From: Patellaria atrata CBS 101060 | Lineage: Eukaryota | DNA: 64,000 nt | Direction: 5' to 3' | Assembly (NCBI GenBank): GCA_010093705.1 | Contig: MU006091.1 | Location: 1,736,001-1,800,000 of the forward strand | In this document: piece after piece, positions 1 to 13,420 of the stretch | Layout: each line of letters begins with the position of its first letter | Numbering within the stretch: position 1 is the stretch's first letter | Notes under the pieces: model-generated | The model's input: only the letters and a program-made list of their open reading frames with translations | Databases searched by the model: none | What the model was told of the DNA's origin: nothing | Position numbers and translations under genes: made by a program

Positions 1-879
1 CCGCCGCTTCTTCTGTTCGGGGTCTCGTCCTTCAATCTCAGCGACGTAGTCTGCGGGTAGTGCTCTTCTTATGGCTTCAGCGGCCTGCTCTTCTATCTTT
101 CTCGCCTCTCTCTTTTGCGCCTGCGGGTTTGGATCTACTGTCGCCCATCGCACATTAAGGACTTCATTATGATCTAGCGCTTGATGGGCCATGGCCTCTT
201 TCGCAAACTGTGAATTCGCTTCGTTGGTGTAGGTTACGAATGCAACACCACGTGCATTCAGAACGCGTATACGGTCTACTTGGCCCCATTCTTGAAAATG
301 GCGGGCGACGATTTCTTCGATATCGTCAGTTACATGGATACGACCTACGTATAGCGTGCGATTTTGTCTCATAAAGCTGCCCACACCTCCCATATCATCC
401 CGGTAGTCGCTGTGCTTGTCGCGCCCGAAGCAGTCGACGTTCGGATTGTATAGATCATGAAGGCCTGGTAGCCTGTGCAGATATTCGCATTCCTGACCCT
501 TGGGACATAAGCCCCGCGCGAAGAACAGACAAAAGTAGCTTCCGGGTACACGGTCTGCACGGGTGTAACCGCTGTCGCGAGCAATGTTACAGCGTGAGGG
601 AGCCGCAGTTTTTGAAATGTATTTGTCTTCACGATCGCCGCCCGACCATTTGTTATACCAGATATTGAAGATGGTACCAGTTTGTGGCGGAGGTTCGGAT
701 TTGAAAGTACTGGGATCGACTTGAGGACGAGCCGGGCGCCTCTTTTTGCGGATGATCTTCTTAACTTTCTTCTCTGGGTTGGTGGTTGTAAGAGCGGTTG
801 ATGGAGGTGGTGAAGCGGTTTCAGGGAGCGGAGATGTCGTTGATGTGGGAAGTACGGGAACTGCCTCTACTTCAGCCAT
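1..879 (-). CDS. CWC2: Pre-mRNA splicing factor Cwc2 (Torus/CCCH zinc finger + RRM); 3' end runs off the window
   Basis: Manual translation from ATG 879: ...RRPARPQVDP...GTIFNIWYNKWSGGDREDK...YFCLFFARGLCPKGQECEYLHRLP...NRTLYVGRIHVTDDIEEIVARHFQEWG...AKEAMAHQALDHNEVLNVRWATVDPNP. Absent from the ORF track because its stop lies outside the window. Confidence 0.93.
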   Translation of the reverse strand, partial: MAEVEAVPVLPTSTTSPLPETASPPPSTALTTTNPEKKVKKIIRKKRRPARPQVDPSTFKSEPPPQTGTIFNIWYNKWSGGDREDKYISKTAAPSRCNIARDSGYTRADRVPGSYFCLFFARGLCPKGQECEYLHRLPGLHDLYNPNVDCFGRDKHSDYRDDMGGVGSFMRQNRTLYVGRIHVTDDIEEIVARHFQEWGQVDRIRVLNARGVAFVTYTNEANSQFAKEAMAHQALDHNEVLNVRWATVDPNPQAQKREARKIEEQAAEAIRRALPADYVAEIEGRDPEQKKRR

Positions 880-1039
880 GATGGAAGAAATCGGTTTTGT
901 TGGGAGAGAGGGTGAGAGACGCGTTGGTTATTATTTGGTATATCTTTCAAAATTTAAAGCTTTGATGCGTTCAGTCGAACTGTCGAATCATGATATGGCC
1001 CGTGCGCAGTAGACCAGCAAAAACCCTAGGCTTATTACA

Positions 1040-1910
1040 GGTAGCTTAGAACACTATAAATATCATATTCCTAATTTTATAAGTATGTAAGTATGAAATC
1101 AGTCCAATACGCTCTATAAAGCCCTTTTTGATATAATCCACATAGACCGACATGTAAATATACTCAAAGAGATTTTTAGAACTACTGCCCTGTACTCTTA
1201 TAGAACCTTTTTTAGGACCAGAGATATGTGTTTTCTTTTTGCTTGCATACATACATATGTCTCCCATTTGATCCCTCTTGATCGCATTTGAACACCCAAC
1301 ATACCCAGGTGACGGTGGTGGCCCTATCATTGGAATAGTAACTCGCGAGAGACTGTAAATAAGGTACTTATGAAGGGAAGCGGAATCAAAGTACTGTGCC
1401 ATCTGTCCTAAGCAAGAAGTGCTCAAAGTGATAGAGAAACATATTAGAAGGTAGCTAAAAACCTAAGTCAAGAGTGAGTTGCTGCAATACGGCTTTGTAG
1501 ACGGTTTTAGCGTACAAAAAGGCGCGCACTGCTTGTTATATCAATCTCCATGGTGACGACAAGAACCATTTCGTCGCTTATAGATATCCTTGAGCCACTT
1601 CTAAACTAGTATTAGTTTCTTCGGCTGTAGTTAGATCATGAGCACCATCAATTACTTGGAAGCGAAATATGTTACCCGTTCAAGAGCTAAAGTGTGGGCT
1701 TATGAGAAAATTCCAGTCCTCTCTCCAGAGAGACGTCCACCATTTGTGTAGAGCATATCTTGAGGCCTGTGAAGGACGTGAACCATTTCCTGTTGCGGAT
1801 ACCGTGGGTGGTTTCCTTTGCTCGGGATGGTTCTTACAGTACCACATTGATTCTCCCTGAGCAGTTTGCTGGATGGTTCGCACTGTGGGTTTCCTCTTAT
1901 ACCTATTCAT
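1040..1910 (-). mobile_element. Possible heavily degraded hAT-like transposase relic
   Basis: AT/TpA-rich intergenic block. Fragments 'MWYCKNHP...ATGN' (BED-finger-like) and 'KRR...AVRAFLYAK' (resembles hAT RCxxHIxNLAVKAFL). No intact frame and no TIRs identified. Confidence 0.25.
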
Positions 1911-2796
1911 CTGTACCGCTCTTTCTAGGGTGAACGCCTTTCTCTATACCCCTGGGGTATTATCTCGTCTGCATCTCGAGGTGATATTTGAAGGTGTTTC
2001 GAGGGTTTCTCAGTACAGTAGTAGGGTTCTGCATCGCCGGGGGAGGAGGGTTTCTAAGGATATGTGGGTCAATGTGATGTGGAACCATTAAGTATCTGAA
2101 GAGTATCTCCCGGGTCATTAAGATGTTTAGGAAGTAATCAATCTATGTTATAAGATATAATCATTGTAAAATGATTGGTTATCTAAAGATAACAATAGGA
2201 AATGGTATTGCTTGACTCGTGGAGGATAATGAGGTCAAGCTGTACTAATACCCCTTAATGAACGCAGAGATAGTCAACTGTACTGTACAGTAAGCCAGCA
2301 ATGGTAAGTAGGTGAGCCACGTAGAACTACAGTAGAATATCTCCAACTATTCCGCCAACTTCGACCGAGTCTACGTTCTAAAACCTCCATCCCAATGTGA
2401 ACTTCTGCCTAGCAAACTTTCTGTTTGACTATATTGTCTTCCATTTAACAGCTCCGCCTCGGTCAGCTTCCTTCCTCCGCAAGGCTGCAGCTTCCTTCAC
2501 TTTCACTCAAGAGCCTCTTCTTCTTGCTTCGCTTCCCGTCACTAATTTTCATTTGACTCTCACTCCTTCACCTTTCACTTCTGACCTCTCAATTGATTCT
2601 AAGCTTGTGAAGGTGGTAAACCCCCTACGTCAATGAGTCATGCCTTAAATACGCGCAGCTGACCATCACAGTCCTTTTCTGCTTCTCTTCTCCAGACGTC
2701 TTACCTTGTACTACCTCTCTCCGATCCCGCCTCTCAAGGGAGACAGCATCATCTGCATTTACTCTCCAACCAATCTCTCATTCACTCGCGGGCAAG

Positions 2797-3645
2797 ATGG
2801 CTGGTAACAGGGCTCGACGCATCACGAAAGAAATGAGCGATGTGCAAAACGATACTCACTCTGGAATATTTCTCGAACCATATAATGATGACGATCTCAC
2901 GCGTCTCAAAGGAACCTTTAAGGGACCACCTGACACGCCTTACGAAGGCGGCCGGTTCGAAGTTGATATCCGTATTCCCAATGAGTATCCGTTCAGGCCC
3001 CCTGTAATGAAATTCCAGACAAAAATCTGGCATCCCAATGTCTCTAGTCAAACTGTAAGTGAACCGCAATCTACATGTCTCTTTGGTGCTGATGTTACAA
3101 GGGTGCTATCTGCTTAGACACCCTATCTAGCGCCTGGTCTCCAGTCCTGACTCTCAAGTCTGCTCTGATCTCTCTACAATCGCTTCTCAGTTCCCCTGAA
3201 CCGAAGGATCCCCAGGATGCTGAAGTCGCGGGTATGCTCATCAAGAATCCTGCCGAGTTCGACCACAAGGCGCGTTCGTGGGCTGTCAAATATGCTGGTG
3301 CTCCAAAGCGTGAGGTTGGTGAGAGCAGCGGTGGAGCAACCGCGGAGTCGATCAAGCGCAAAGCCCAAGAGGCAAAAGAGAAGGAAGAAAAAGCCAAGTT
3401 GGCACAGTGAGTTTCCCTTCGAAACAATTGCCATTGTGAAATATACGCAGTTCGCTCATTAAAGCTCCAGGTATCACGGCTACAACAAAGACCTAATCGA
3501 TCGTTTCGTAGCAATGGGTTTTGACGTCCCCTCTGTGGTCTCTGCGTTTGAGTTCGTGGGAATCGACAGGATGAATGGGGAGGATTACGAGTTAGAAGAG
3601 GCGTACATGGGTGACATTACCGCACGTCTATTTAATGAGGCATAA
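2797..3645 (+). CDS. UBC1: Ubiquitin-conjugating enzyme E2 with C-terminal UBA domain (Ubc1/E2-25K); introns at about 3055-3101 and 3407-3470
   Basis: [16 protein letters not shown] and [19 protein letters not shown] (catalytic Cys), [15 protein letters not shown]-like tail [17 protein letters not shown]...[11 protein letters not shown]. Confidence 0.93.
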
Positions 3646-5201
3646 TTAGGCGGCATATACCCCCTTATGACATGAGATTGTAATTTATCATAACAGCACA
3701 TCACAGGTGTCCGGCGTACGGAGCGCCAATATGAATCTTCTTGCTTTCAGTTCTTCAATGAAGATGAGTAGATTAATCTTCGTCTGTACTAAAATCTCTG
3801 ATGAAGTTCCTTGACGGATTCACTGATAGTCCGTGGATGATAATGCCTGTCATTCAGTAACAAAACATTTGTTACCACTAATCCTGATTGGATTTCTCTT
3901 TTTGCTTTTATGAAAATTAGCTCTTTCCACTTCCCCACGCCAGATTTCACATCCTTTACCGTTGTTTTACTCTATACTGTACGTTCAGGTTTCAAAAGGT
4001 GTTTACTCAATTGCTGGTATGCTTCCCATTCTAGGCTAAGCTTCACACCTGTTCCCAGACTCTACAACTAGAATCCTCCGTTGCTATATCCTCGGTCCGA
4101 AAAGTATCCTACTCTATCAGTAGTATTCTCCTTTAGTGAGCCCTCACCCTCAAATGGATCTCTGATACCACTTCAAGCATATCGTCGACCGTATACCTAT
4201 TTCCGAATATCCTTCCGTCCTACGAGCGATGTTCCGCTGCACTATACACCCACTCTCACAACAGTCTTTGACACTACGGGTTACGTTTCTCCTCCATAAT
4301 ATTCTGTCTCCAGGCAATCTCGTACTTTGTTTATCTCCCCCTTCCTAATTCCTGCTCGCTCTTGCCATCGTTTTCTACTTTCTTATGCAGCAAAAGTGAG
4401 ACCGTATTGAGACCTACTCGCGCGAATGGTCCGGCTGTATAAAAAAAATATGGACCGTACCATACTTTCGATGCTTTAACCACCCAGTAGTCCTTCGACA
4501 AGCGCGGAGAATTAATGGGTGTAGTTATGAAAGGGGTAAAGAGACTATACCCACCGCTACCCCCTATCAATAAACCGATAGTATGATCTCCAAGCTCCCC
4601 ATATATACCTACAGAACACTTCATTATGCTTTGAGATACGAAGGAAACTCTCCACGGCGAGATGTGGATACCTAGAGATCTTCAGACTAAATTGTATTCT
4701 AATGCAATCATGTCAGGACAAAGCCAATGTTCATGCTGGATGACGTTTCCAGGATTCTGTTTCATAGGTGACGCTTCTCGTATTTATATTTAATAAGAAA
4801 TCCTAGGGTGAGTGTCGAGATTCTATTACTTGCTAGTTAGTAAAGAAATTGAAGTGGAAGGGCCCTTTTGCCTCATCGATATCATAGTATAAATCTATAT
4901 TTGATACAGTCAAGTCCCACGCTTTCCTGAGTGCTCTTGATACATTCTTGACTTCCTGTACAGCATAATTAGACGCCGTATTGAAAGCTAGGTTGTCCAT
5001 ACTAACCAGTCTCGCAAGGCCATTCGCTACTCTCACAGGTAAGTATGCAGCTTTTCAAACGAGGAGCATAACCCAGGTCAAGGACTCGCTTTATTGGTTA
5101 TATACAAATGATAATAACAGGTTCTCGCTCAATTAAGATGCAAATTGACCACTCAAACCTGCTTTAGCAGGAAACCAGATATTACCTCATCGTTTTATCG
5201 C

Positions 5202-7243
5202 TTATCTGCCGATTTCCTTTCTTAACCTCCCTGTTGCTGTTGTAGGAGTTGGTTCTGGCCACGAGTCAACTGCATCCTCCACTTCGTCCAGGAAACTCCT
5301 GCTATTATGTACCGTAGTTCCCCCAAGTACAACTCTTACACCCGGTGAGCTTGCATTGACCTGGGCAACCATCTTAGCTTCTTCGTACGTAGTACCTCCG
5401 ACCATAAAGATGATGATATCTTGTGGTTTATCCCGAGTCACACCTCCTCCATCGACAAACGGGTAGAGCTGATCGCGTAGACGGCCCTTGATGAGATCTT
5501 GTAACGTACTCTCGAGTCTTGGAGAGTGTTGGGTATATACATTTTCGACACCTTTGAGGCCCTTAAAACGATCGCGAGCGCCACCAAAGAGAGATCCGGA
5601 TTGGAAAAGTTCCGGGATACCGCCAGTACCAGCCGGAATTGCCTGCAATGAGTCATGATAAGCAAGGAGCTTTGGGATTAAACCGATTCGATGACGAGAC
5701 AAATTCCCAGCTACGGCCAGAAGGTCCAAAAGCATGGGCGTAGAATTGGATGGATGCTTAGCGTAGCGAAGAGCATAGATAGCCGTTAGTCGAAGTTTAT
5801 TGTCGGGCGGGATGTTTGCAGATTGGATCAACTTTTGCAGTGTCTGTGTGCGGTGAGCAGGGAGCAGGGAGCATTGATTGGACTGATAATAAGCTACCTT
5901 GAGGTCATTCGAATGATTATCATTACAAGCAAGACTTTGTTCTAACTCGCTGACATCGAGAAGGCTGTCTTCTCCTACTCGTTTACTTAGTTCCCCTACA
6001 AGAGTCACGTGTTTGGTAACGTTTCCAGAGAGTTTCCGGAACTCTGGATATTCTTCAACAAAACGTTTCATATCTGAAATAGACTCCAGCTTCGAAGTGC
6101 CTTGTTGTTTGGAGGCGAATTGCTCCACGTAATCCTTCGCATTTTGGCCTAGATCGCCGAAATTTAGATACATGTTCTTTTTGAAGAAGGGGTCTTGATC
6201 TTGCGACAGAACGATTTCCTAGCCCAAACCATAAGTTACTCCGTATATCTGAGTAAGACAGCGATACATACCTTTAACTCTTGCCTCACGTCTGGAACGT
6301 CTGCCAGACTTACTCTTCCATTCTTGATTTCGAGGAGTTCATGGACCATGGCCTGATATGTCCATTGTGTTAAAAGGGGTGTAACAGGGTCGTCCCGGCG
6401 ATCGATAATCAACAGAATAGGAGGAGTATCAGTCTTCCTAAAGTCGAAGAGTTGCTCTTCCTGCGTGATCTGGTACCTAACTTCAGATGCAAGCTTTTTC
6501 GAAAGGAGACTGCTCTTTTGATACCGAATAAGGGGTTTCTTCTTCAGAGACAGCAATAAAGCAATGACGCCTTCAGTTGCTCTTTGTAATGCGTCCTGAT
6601 TCCACATATCCGGGCTACGACTCCATAGCCGTTGCTCGATATTCATAGACATAAGATCGGGATTTATGACCAGGTAGTCTGCGAAATATTCCTGCACGGC
6701 ACGTACAACCTCGTGGTCATCAGCTTCTGCCAGTCGTTCAAGGGAGGACTTCCGTATGATATTGCTGAAGTCTAACCCCGTAAGTAATGGCCATTGACCT
6801 CCTCGGATAGCTTGCACCTTACAGATATGATACTCCCCATACTTCGGCTCCCTCAACTCGTCGATAAGGGATTCAATGGAATCCGGTGAGGGTCGTACGA
6901 AACAAAGACAACGGAGGTGCCGCATTTTCTCCCGCGCGGGGCTGTCTAAGCGGCTATGTGGTCTGTTAGAGTCTGTTTCCTAAAACTGACTTGTGAGAAC
7001 CGTACTCAGTGAGATAAACTTCGTGGTTGAGCAAAGCTGATTGCGTGGTTGCGGTGGAAAGAATTGAGACCTGGTGCCAAATTAATCGCTACCCCTAACC
7101 GTGCAAGGCAGAAAGATAGACAAACCCACAGTCTCATTATCCAGCAAGAGTATTTTCATCTTCGCAGCCGGCATGCCTGATGCCGCGTCTCCAGCTGACA
7201 CCATTTTAGTGATGTAGCCGGAGACGGCTTGAACGATATCCAT
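5202..7243 (-). CDS. VPS45: Sec1/Munc18-family vacuolar protein sorting protein Vps45 (multi-exon)
   Basis: MDIVQAVSGYITKM...KMKILLLDNET; REKMRHLRCLCFVRP; DRRDDPVTPLLTQWTYQAMVHEL; LKGVENVYTQHSP; MVGGTTYEEAK. Confidence 0.95.
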
Positions 7244-7724
7244 GTCAGTGTTGTCCCGCTATGAATTACGACCGTTATTGTTTGACTAGAAAGATAGCAG
7301 TGAATGAGCTGCTTCTTCTATTCAGTATTCGTTGTGGTACTTTGTAGTTTATGTTGGTATATGTAAAGATGTTTCGCTAACGTAATGTAAGATAGTGACG
7401 GGACGAGAGCTCTGACTCTGTGCGTTAGATGTCAGATGCGATAAGATAAAGCAGACGTGGACAACACAAAGTTAATACCCCATTACAGTATGAGTATTAG
7501 TGGAGGTCCCATCAGTATGTAATAAAGTAAGGTAAGGTGTAAAGTCTGGTATAAGCAATTATACTAAAATAAGGTACCTTTACGGTAAGGTAGTTCTAGC
7601 CATATATTACGGCAGACATTACAGCTTCCCCGCATTATTAACCCATAAAAATTAGAACTAGTTCATGAGCTCTTGATAGTTCTACAAGAAGTAGCTCCCA
7701 AATTTAACTCAATAAAACAACATC

Positions 7725-8624
7725 ATGTTCACAGAAGCGTATACGAACGGAACCAAACCACCGTCTTTCGCAGATACCCTCTCTCGTGATGGCTACGTTC
7801 TCATCCCTTCCGTCCTCTCACAGTCTGAGTTGACAGCTCTTCGTTCTGCCTGCAACGAAGCCACAGCTCTAGCACGTGCAGGCAAATGGCCGTATATTCG
7901 CACTCTACCAAAGCAATTCCCGCCCTGGCCCTCAGATCCCTCATCTGGTATATGGGGTGTGCAACATCTGATGCATCCATCCATGCCAAACTCCGCCTTG
8001 TTCACAAAGTCTTACTTCATGGATAAGATAACAGAACCGGTGAAGGAGATCATAGGTTGCGAGCAGGAGGATCTGGTCATGGAGTTATATAACTTGCTCG
8101 TCAGACCCGACAAGGACTTTGAGCTGAAATGGCACCGCGATGACATTCCCGCCATGGCCACGCCCGAAGAGGAGCTGGAGAGGCTGAACAAGCCCGCATG
8201 GCATGCCCAGTGGAATCTAGCGCTATACGACGACAAGAGCTTGATAGCTGTCCCAGGTTCGCATAGAAGGGCAAGAACTGATGCTGAAAGGAATGCAGAT
8301 CCTTTCGAACGAAGCTTGGAAGGACAAAGACCCGTTGAAATGAGAGCCGGTGATGTGGTATTTTATAATAATAACATATTACATAGAGGAGTTTATGACC
8401 ATGATGTGGAGAGAATGACCCTTCATGGAAGCATGGGACACCGGAAAGCTAACAAGGAGAGAGCCAGAAATGTACTGCAACATGGAGTAGGAATATGGGT
8501 GGACCAATGTGATTTCAGTACCTTGGACGGTCATCTGCAGGAAAAAGCTGAAGCGATGAGGAAGAGACTGGTGGAGCTAGGGACCGTGAGTGGCGACGTA
8601 GGATTCTTTGCTGAGAACGAATGA
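7725..8624 (+). CDS. Phytanoyl-CoA dioxygenase (PhyH)-family Fe(II)/2-oxoglutarate dioxygenase
   Basis: Intact 299-aa ORF with RDGYVLIP, the HxD motif (WHRDD), VPGSH, and GDVVFY...ILHRG carrying the distal His. Confidence 0.85.
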   Translation: MFTEAYTNGTKPPSFADTLSRDGYVLIPSVLSQSELTALRSACNEATALARAGKWPYIRTLPKQFPPWPSDPSSGIWGVQHLMHPSMPNSALFTKSYFMDKITEPVKEIIGCEQEDLVMELYNLLVRPDKDFELKWHRDDIPAMATPEEELERLNKPAWHAQWNLALYDDKSLIAVPGSHRRARTDAERNADPFERSLEGQRPVEMRAGDVVFYNNNILHRGVYDHDVERMTLHGSMGHRKANKERARNVLQHGVGIWVDQCDFSTLDGHLQEKAEAMRKRLVELGTVSGDVGFFAENE

Positions 8625-9049
8625 TTGGCATCTGTCGGCCCATATACGCTGACGAACAGCTACTGGGGAAAGTCCTCATTGCGTAGTACGTATTCAGTCC
8701 ATTGTCTGTACTGTCAATTCCTAGGGCACATAGTGTCATTTGTACGTTTTCGTCTTCTTTACACAGGAATTCGGGAGTATCTAGAGAGCGAGTTATGCAG
8801 TAAGTACGTTTATAAGATGTAGCGTTGAGTTTTCTATCCACGTGGAAAACCTTTGTGCGGTTTGGCTCTTCTGTGCAAAAACGTTAGAGGACAGTTTGAA
8901 GTCACCGTAAAATAGGTGGGAAAATACCACGACGAGAAAGATCCAAAGTGGGATTGGGTTGAGAACCAAGCTGAGCAGGATACACATACCTAGTCCATCC
9001 ATCTAAAGTACATGATCAATCGTGAAGACTTTTAAGTGATCACAAATAT

Positions 9050-9964
9050 CTAAGAGTTGAATATCCGGCTATAGAGCTTCTCATGTCTTCCAACCCAAAG
9101 GTCCATAACAGGAACACTTTGTCCCGCATCTTCGATCTTGCGATCCCATTTCTCTTGCACGAGATCGTTGATCTGATTTTGTAAATCTGAACTCGCTAGG
9201 ACTGCTTGTGCTTGGTAAGGACCCATAACGCTAGATCTTACTGCAGCACCGAGAACAGTCCGAGCATGGGAGAACAGAAAGAGATAGGCGGACTCATATA
9301 GAGGGACATTGAGGACTAATGTCACAATACCCCAGAGAGGGGCCAGATGACCGTTGGACTGCCATTCTACACCTTGTATACCACCGTGTCTAAGAGATTT
9401 GTGAAATGATGATAGCACCTTCACAGACTCGACATGGTCTAAAGATCCTTTATGATGTTGCCGATAGCTACGGTCCCATACTCCTATCAACGCCTTACCC
9501 TGGGCTACACTAGCTCTTCGGGCAACTGTGCACGGTGTGCTTGCGTCAAAGTCATTATCCAGGTCTTCTAATGTATTGGGATATCTATAGGCGTTGAGGA
9601 CGTATGGTAACGCGGTACTCGACAGTGTAGATAGCGACAGACGGAGAAAATTGTAAAAGGATGGAAGTTGTGATGCAGATAGCGGAGAAGGACGATGGTG
9701 TGCAAGGTACGATTCGAGACCACTACTGAAAGCGAAAGATCCCAAGGGGAGTTGCGAGTCGGCTAGAAGAAGGAGTGTATGTAGTGCTGAAGTATTTGAG
9801 GAATTCGCCATGCCAATTGCTGCGTTCGGTCTTTTGAGCTGCGGCGAATTGTCGATAAGGACATCGCTCGACTGATCACGCCGATTACTTGGTTTAGGGT
9901 TCAGTCGGTTTCTTGCAGTTTGAAGTTTCTGTTCAAGGTCGGCAATCTCATCTTCAATAGTCAT
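9050..9964 (-). CDS. ureF: Urease accessory protein UreF
   Basis: LLLLADSQLPLGSFAFSSGLESY, GHLAPLWG, AAVRSSVMGPYQAQ, and the C-terminal HEKLYSRIFNS* signature. The likely ATG is at 9964 (MTIEDEI). Confidence 0.92.
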   Translation of the reverse strand: MTIEDEIADLEQKLQTARNRLNPKPSNRRDQSSDVLIDNSPQLKRPNAAIGMANSSNTSALHTLLLLADSQLPLGSFAFSSGLESYLAHHRPSPLSASQLPSFYNFLRLSLSTLSSTALPYVLNAYRYPNTLEDLDNDFDASTPCTVARRASVAQGKALIGVWDRSYRQHHKGSLDHVESVKVLSSFHKSLRHGGIQGVEWQSNGHLAPLWGIVTLVLNVPLYESAYLFLFSHARTVLGAAVRSSVMGPYQAQAVLASSDLQNQINDLVQEKWDRKIEDAGQSVPVMDLWVGRHEKLYSRIFNS

Positions 9965-10464
9965 TGCAAGAGTTCTCTGATACAGTAAGCTTCTCGTCCA
10001 TTGACGCGTCGTGTTGGAGTAGTGTCGGTATAGAGTTGTGAGGGGCGGGATGACAGCATGAGAGTACAGCAAGCCGAGCAATCTAATAAGGTAGAAACTT
10101 CATATTATAAGGCTCTAATAGATATCATGGTGCAATGACCGAATACTAATCACATTTGCCTTATAAGAAGCTACACCTGTCATGAGCATTGTAGAACAAG
10201 ATAACGCCCTGCAATGCCGTTGATCATTCTACTATCATGACCTAATTCCACCACCTGGCAAGAAAACACCCTAATAAGGATACCCAACTCCGTACAAAAC
10301 ATAGTACCTTAAGTGAAAGCCATTCTCTCCCTCATTGCATGACCATACGATAGATTTACTGGAAATCTTGGTAGGTGGGGATGTCATCTAACAAGACTGT
10401 GTAGCAGAACTGCAATGCAACTAACGGGATGGCATCTCCAATCTTAGAAGAACGCGAGCGGGTC

Positions 10465-10908
10465 TCATTTTGAATTCGCCTTAGGTATTTCCCCAAACAT
10501 TTCCGTGCCACCTGCTGCGTCGATCTTCTTCGTGCTGGCCTTCGCGAATAGAGTCTGGGGTTTCGACCTAGACGATAGAATCTTAGTATTACTTGCTTCG
10601 ATAGGCACAAATTCTAGTTCGAACGCTTACTTCTTCATGGCGTGTTTATTCTTGAACGCATTCAGCTTCTGTGTCGCAGGAGACTGGATGTTATCTGATG
10701 GGGAGACGTAGATTTGCTGGGCTCTGTTCGTTCTATCAGATGTGATCGTCGTGGCTGAGCCTCTTGCTTGAGAGTCATACTGTCCTTCCTCAATCTTCGA
10801 CTGTAAGACCCGTCGGTGGTATTCCATTGATTTTGGCTTCTCCTTCTCATCTTGTGGCGCAGCAAGTTTGCTGTTGATGTCCTTATCTGCAAGAACGGTC
10901 GAAGACAT
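10465..10908 (-). CDS. SPO12: Spo12-family mitotic exit protein (2 introns)
   Basis: KPKSMEYHRRVLQSK and YVSPSDNIQSPATQKL (Spo12 SPSD..SP motif). Last exon SKPQTLFAKAS...KANSK*. Confidence 0.75.
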
Positions 10909-12127
10909 TGTGGAGTTCGTTGAGGGTTGTAGAGATTTGTTGGAGCAGAAAGTGGCCAGCGGAAAGGCAAGAATCGTTATTGTAAATGGGGTGTTGTAAT
11001 CAGATGCAGAGTTGCGCTACAGTAAGGTGGTTATATAGTAAGGTAAGATACTGTTCCTCAAAAAAGTGTTACTGAAATGGGGTAAACAATGGAGCCGGTT
11101 TCTATAGCAACGCCTACACCCCCCACCTCTCTCCCGCCAGGTTTTACGATTAACCTCTGAATACCAACCACGTCAAAAATTCACCATTATACAGAATAAC
11201 CAAGACCTTCAGCTTATTCTTTAAAGACTTCAGCCATACTCTTCAATGTTACATAGCTCAGATAGCTTTAAGCCTCTAGTCGACTAGTTGGACAAATAAA
11301 ACTTCCATATAACAATTCGTCCTCCTTGCTGAATGTTGTGAAGTTCTGATCAATCTTATCTTTGTTGTTTCTGTATCCATGGATGCTACGATCGACATCA
11401 ATTTGCAAAATCACTACTTTCTAGTGCACGAGCATCATCTCCAATGACAAGGCTCCACAGAGTAGGGTTATAAAATTAGGATCAGTTCATTTATTACACA
11501 CAGATAAAGGGCATACGGGCATGAATTTGACTGGACTACGGTTAGTAGTATCATTTGAGAGTAAACCTCTTTAACCCCGTCTTTCAATCTTTCTGGTGCT
11601 TCTGGACAACCCCCTAGAACTGAATTGTTTCTCGTTGCTAACTGGTACATCCAATTATCATTTTCTATGCTGCAATCATGTTACCGTCCATAGCTGTCTT
11701 GGTTGTATCCTCTTACACAGTAAGTGCAGTCACGAGGGTCTCATGTCATCTCCTTGAGCATGGGTTTGTTGTTAAGTAGCCCTCACGCTTTGTCCGCCGT
11801 TTGATATGAGTAACCCTCTTGAGTGTATACGTCAACTGAAATAAAGCTTTCTATGTCTCCATGCATTCTTTAATTAGTCTTCATGAGACTCTCAGTTTCA
11901 AACTTCTAGAAGAAAGACGGGTCATAAGCTTCAAACTAACCTTATATCAACCCTTCACGTCAAACAAAGCTTCTGGACGTCATCAACCTGATGAGTTCCA
12001 ATTGACGAAGCTTTGCATTCATCATTCCACTTCTCTCGGATCTGCGATCAAACCTCAAGCAAACTACGTGTCTCTATTCACCTGACAGTGCCTGAAACGT
12101 CAAGTAACTTCTATATCTATCACATCA

Positions 12128-13420
12128 ATGGCTAGTTCATCGCCTTTGGCGGATGTCCCCAAATCCGCATCTCCAACACTCGCTGAAGGTTTATCAGTAG
12201 GACTTACATGCATAATTGTAGTAAGACGCATCCGTCTCTCTGATCAAAGCTAATCTGAACCCAGCGGAAGCGACAAGCTGACGAGGAGTTACCCCATGGG
12301 CTGCCCCCCATCAGACGCACTAAACAGAACCTACCTCATCCAGAGGAGTCGGAGCTTGCAAACGAAAAACCTTCCTATAGTATGGAGATGTGATTATTAT
12401 CACCGAGCTTGAAATGTTTCGTAAAAAATACCGGCTCAGCAGAACGGTACTAGAGACTAACTCTCTGTGGTTTCGCACGGTCTTTGAAGAAGAGGATAAC
12501 GCCAACCACCCGAATGAAAAAACACTACTAGCTCTAAGTGGTTCTCCATCTCATCCGTACAGAGTTCCTGTGTTAAGGACCATCACACCCAGGAGCATTC
12601 CCGGTCAATCTGTGAATCAGTCCACCAGCGAGGGATCCACCCCTTTGAAGGTCTAGATAGAAGAAGCAAGTTCTATAGCTGTTGTTAAATTTGAGTTGAA
12701 AGAAAGAACTAGACTTAGTGCACTTACCTCTTTTCACTCGTACACCTAGCGACGAGGACATCATTAGCGGATACAAATCTCTTTTCCTCGTTTTATACAA
12801 TCACGCTCCGGAGGTTTCGACAACAGATATAAGCGTTGCCATCCATCAAAACGAGATTATTATCGACCTCGCGAGCCAATACATGCTCAGTCACGTCGTC
12901 AAGATCCATTTGAGCCATATCTTTACACAGTTTGGCCAACAACTTTTCGTCGCGATATTTAAGGACCCGCCTCGCTGGCTAAACGTTGGGAAGAGACTCG
13001 AGGACACCGTAATCTTCACCGAGGCGATGATACATGTTGTGGGCTGTTGGACATTCTGGCCATGGCCAACTCACAAGCAGGCTGTACCGAAAGATGTTTT
13101 GGCGACCATCGGCCGCAAGCTAAAGCACTGGATCATGTACGCCAGGCCGTTGACCGTGAGTTGCTCACCTAACACTATGGTTACATCTGACCAAAAACCG
13201 AATAATATGGAGCAAAACTATGAAACATGGATTGTGGTTTCTGTCTATCGCGCCCGGCTTGTGGAAGAATTACGAGCTATGGTGAAGGGGGCCAAGTCAG
13301 GTGGACTCGCGAATAGTGGATCATCTGTACAAGAAGATACACTGTAATGGAGACGCATATCTTCCTCTACACGAGGTATATACGAAAGTGAAGAATTATG
13401 AGATGGGCGATCAGAACGGG
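12128..13420 (+). pseudogene. Degraded fungal BTB/POZ-like hypothetical protein
   Basis: GDVIII...YRLSRTVLETNSLWF (BTB-like), then YKSLFLVLYN...DPPRWL...IFTEAMIHVVG. Broken by in-frame stops and frameshifts (about 12654 and 13130). Confidence 0.45.

Noticed and set aside
3900..5040. Short ORFs between UBC1 and VPS45
   Set aside because: TpA-rich and degenerate with no recognisable motifs. Probably a relic that I cannot assign.
7725..8624. PhyH dioxygenase as a tailoring enzyme of the ATP-grasp cluster
   Set aside because: It is more than 21 kb away and sits between the housekeeping genes VPS45 and ureF.
9965..10081. N-terminal extension of the UreF ORF in the ORF track
   Set aside because: It starts at a non-ATG codon. 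The first ATG (9964) is the plausible eukaryotic start.
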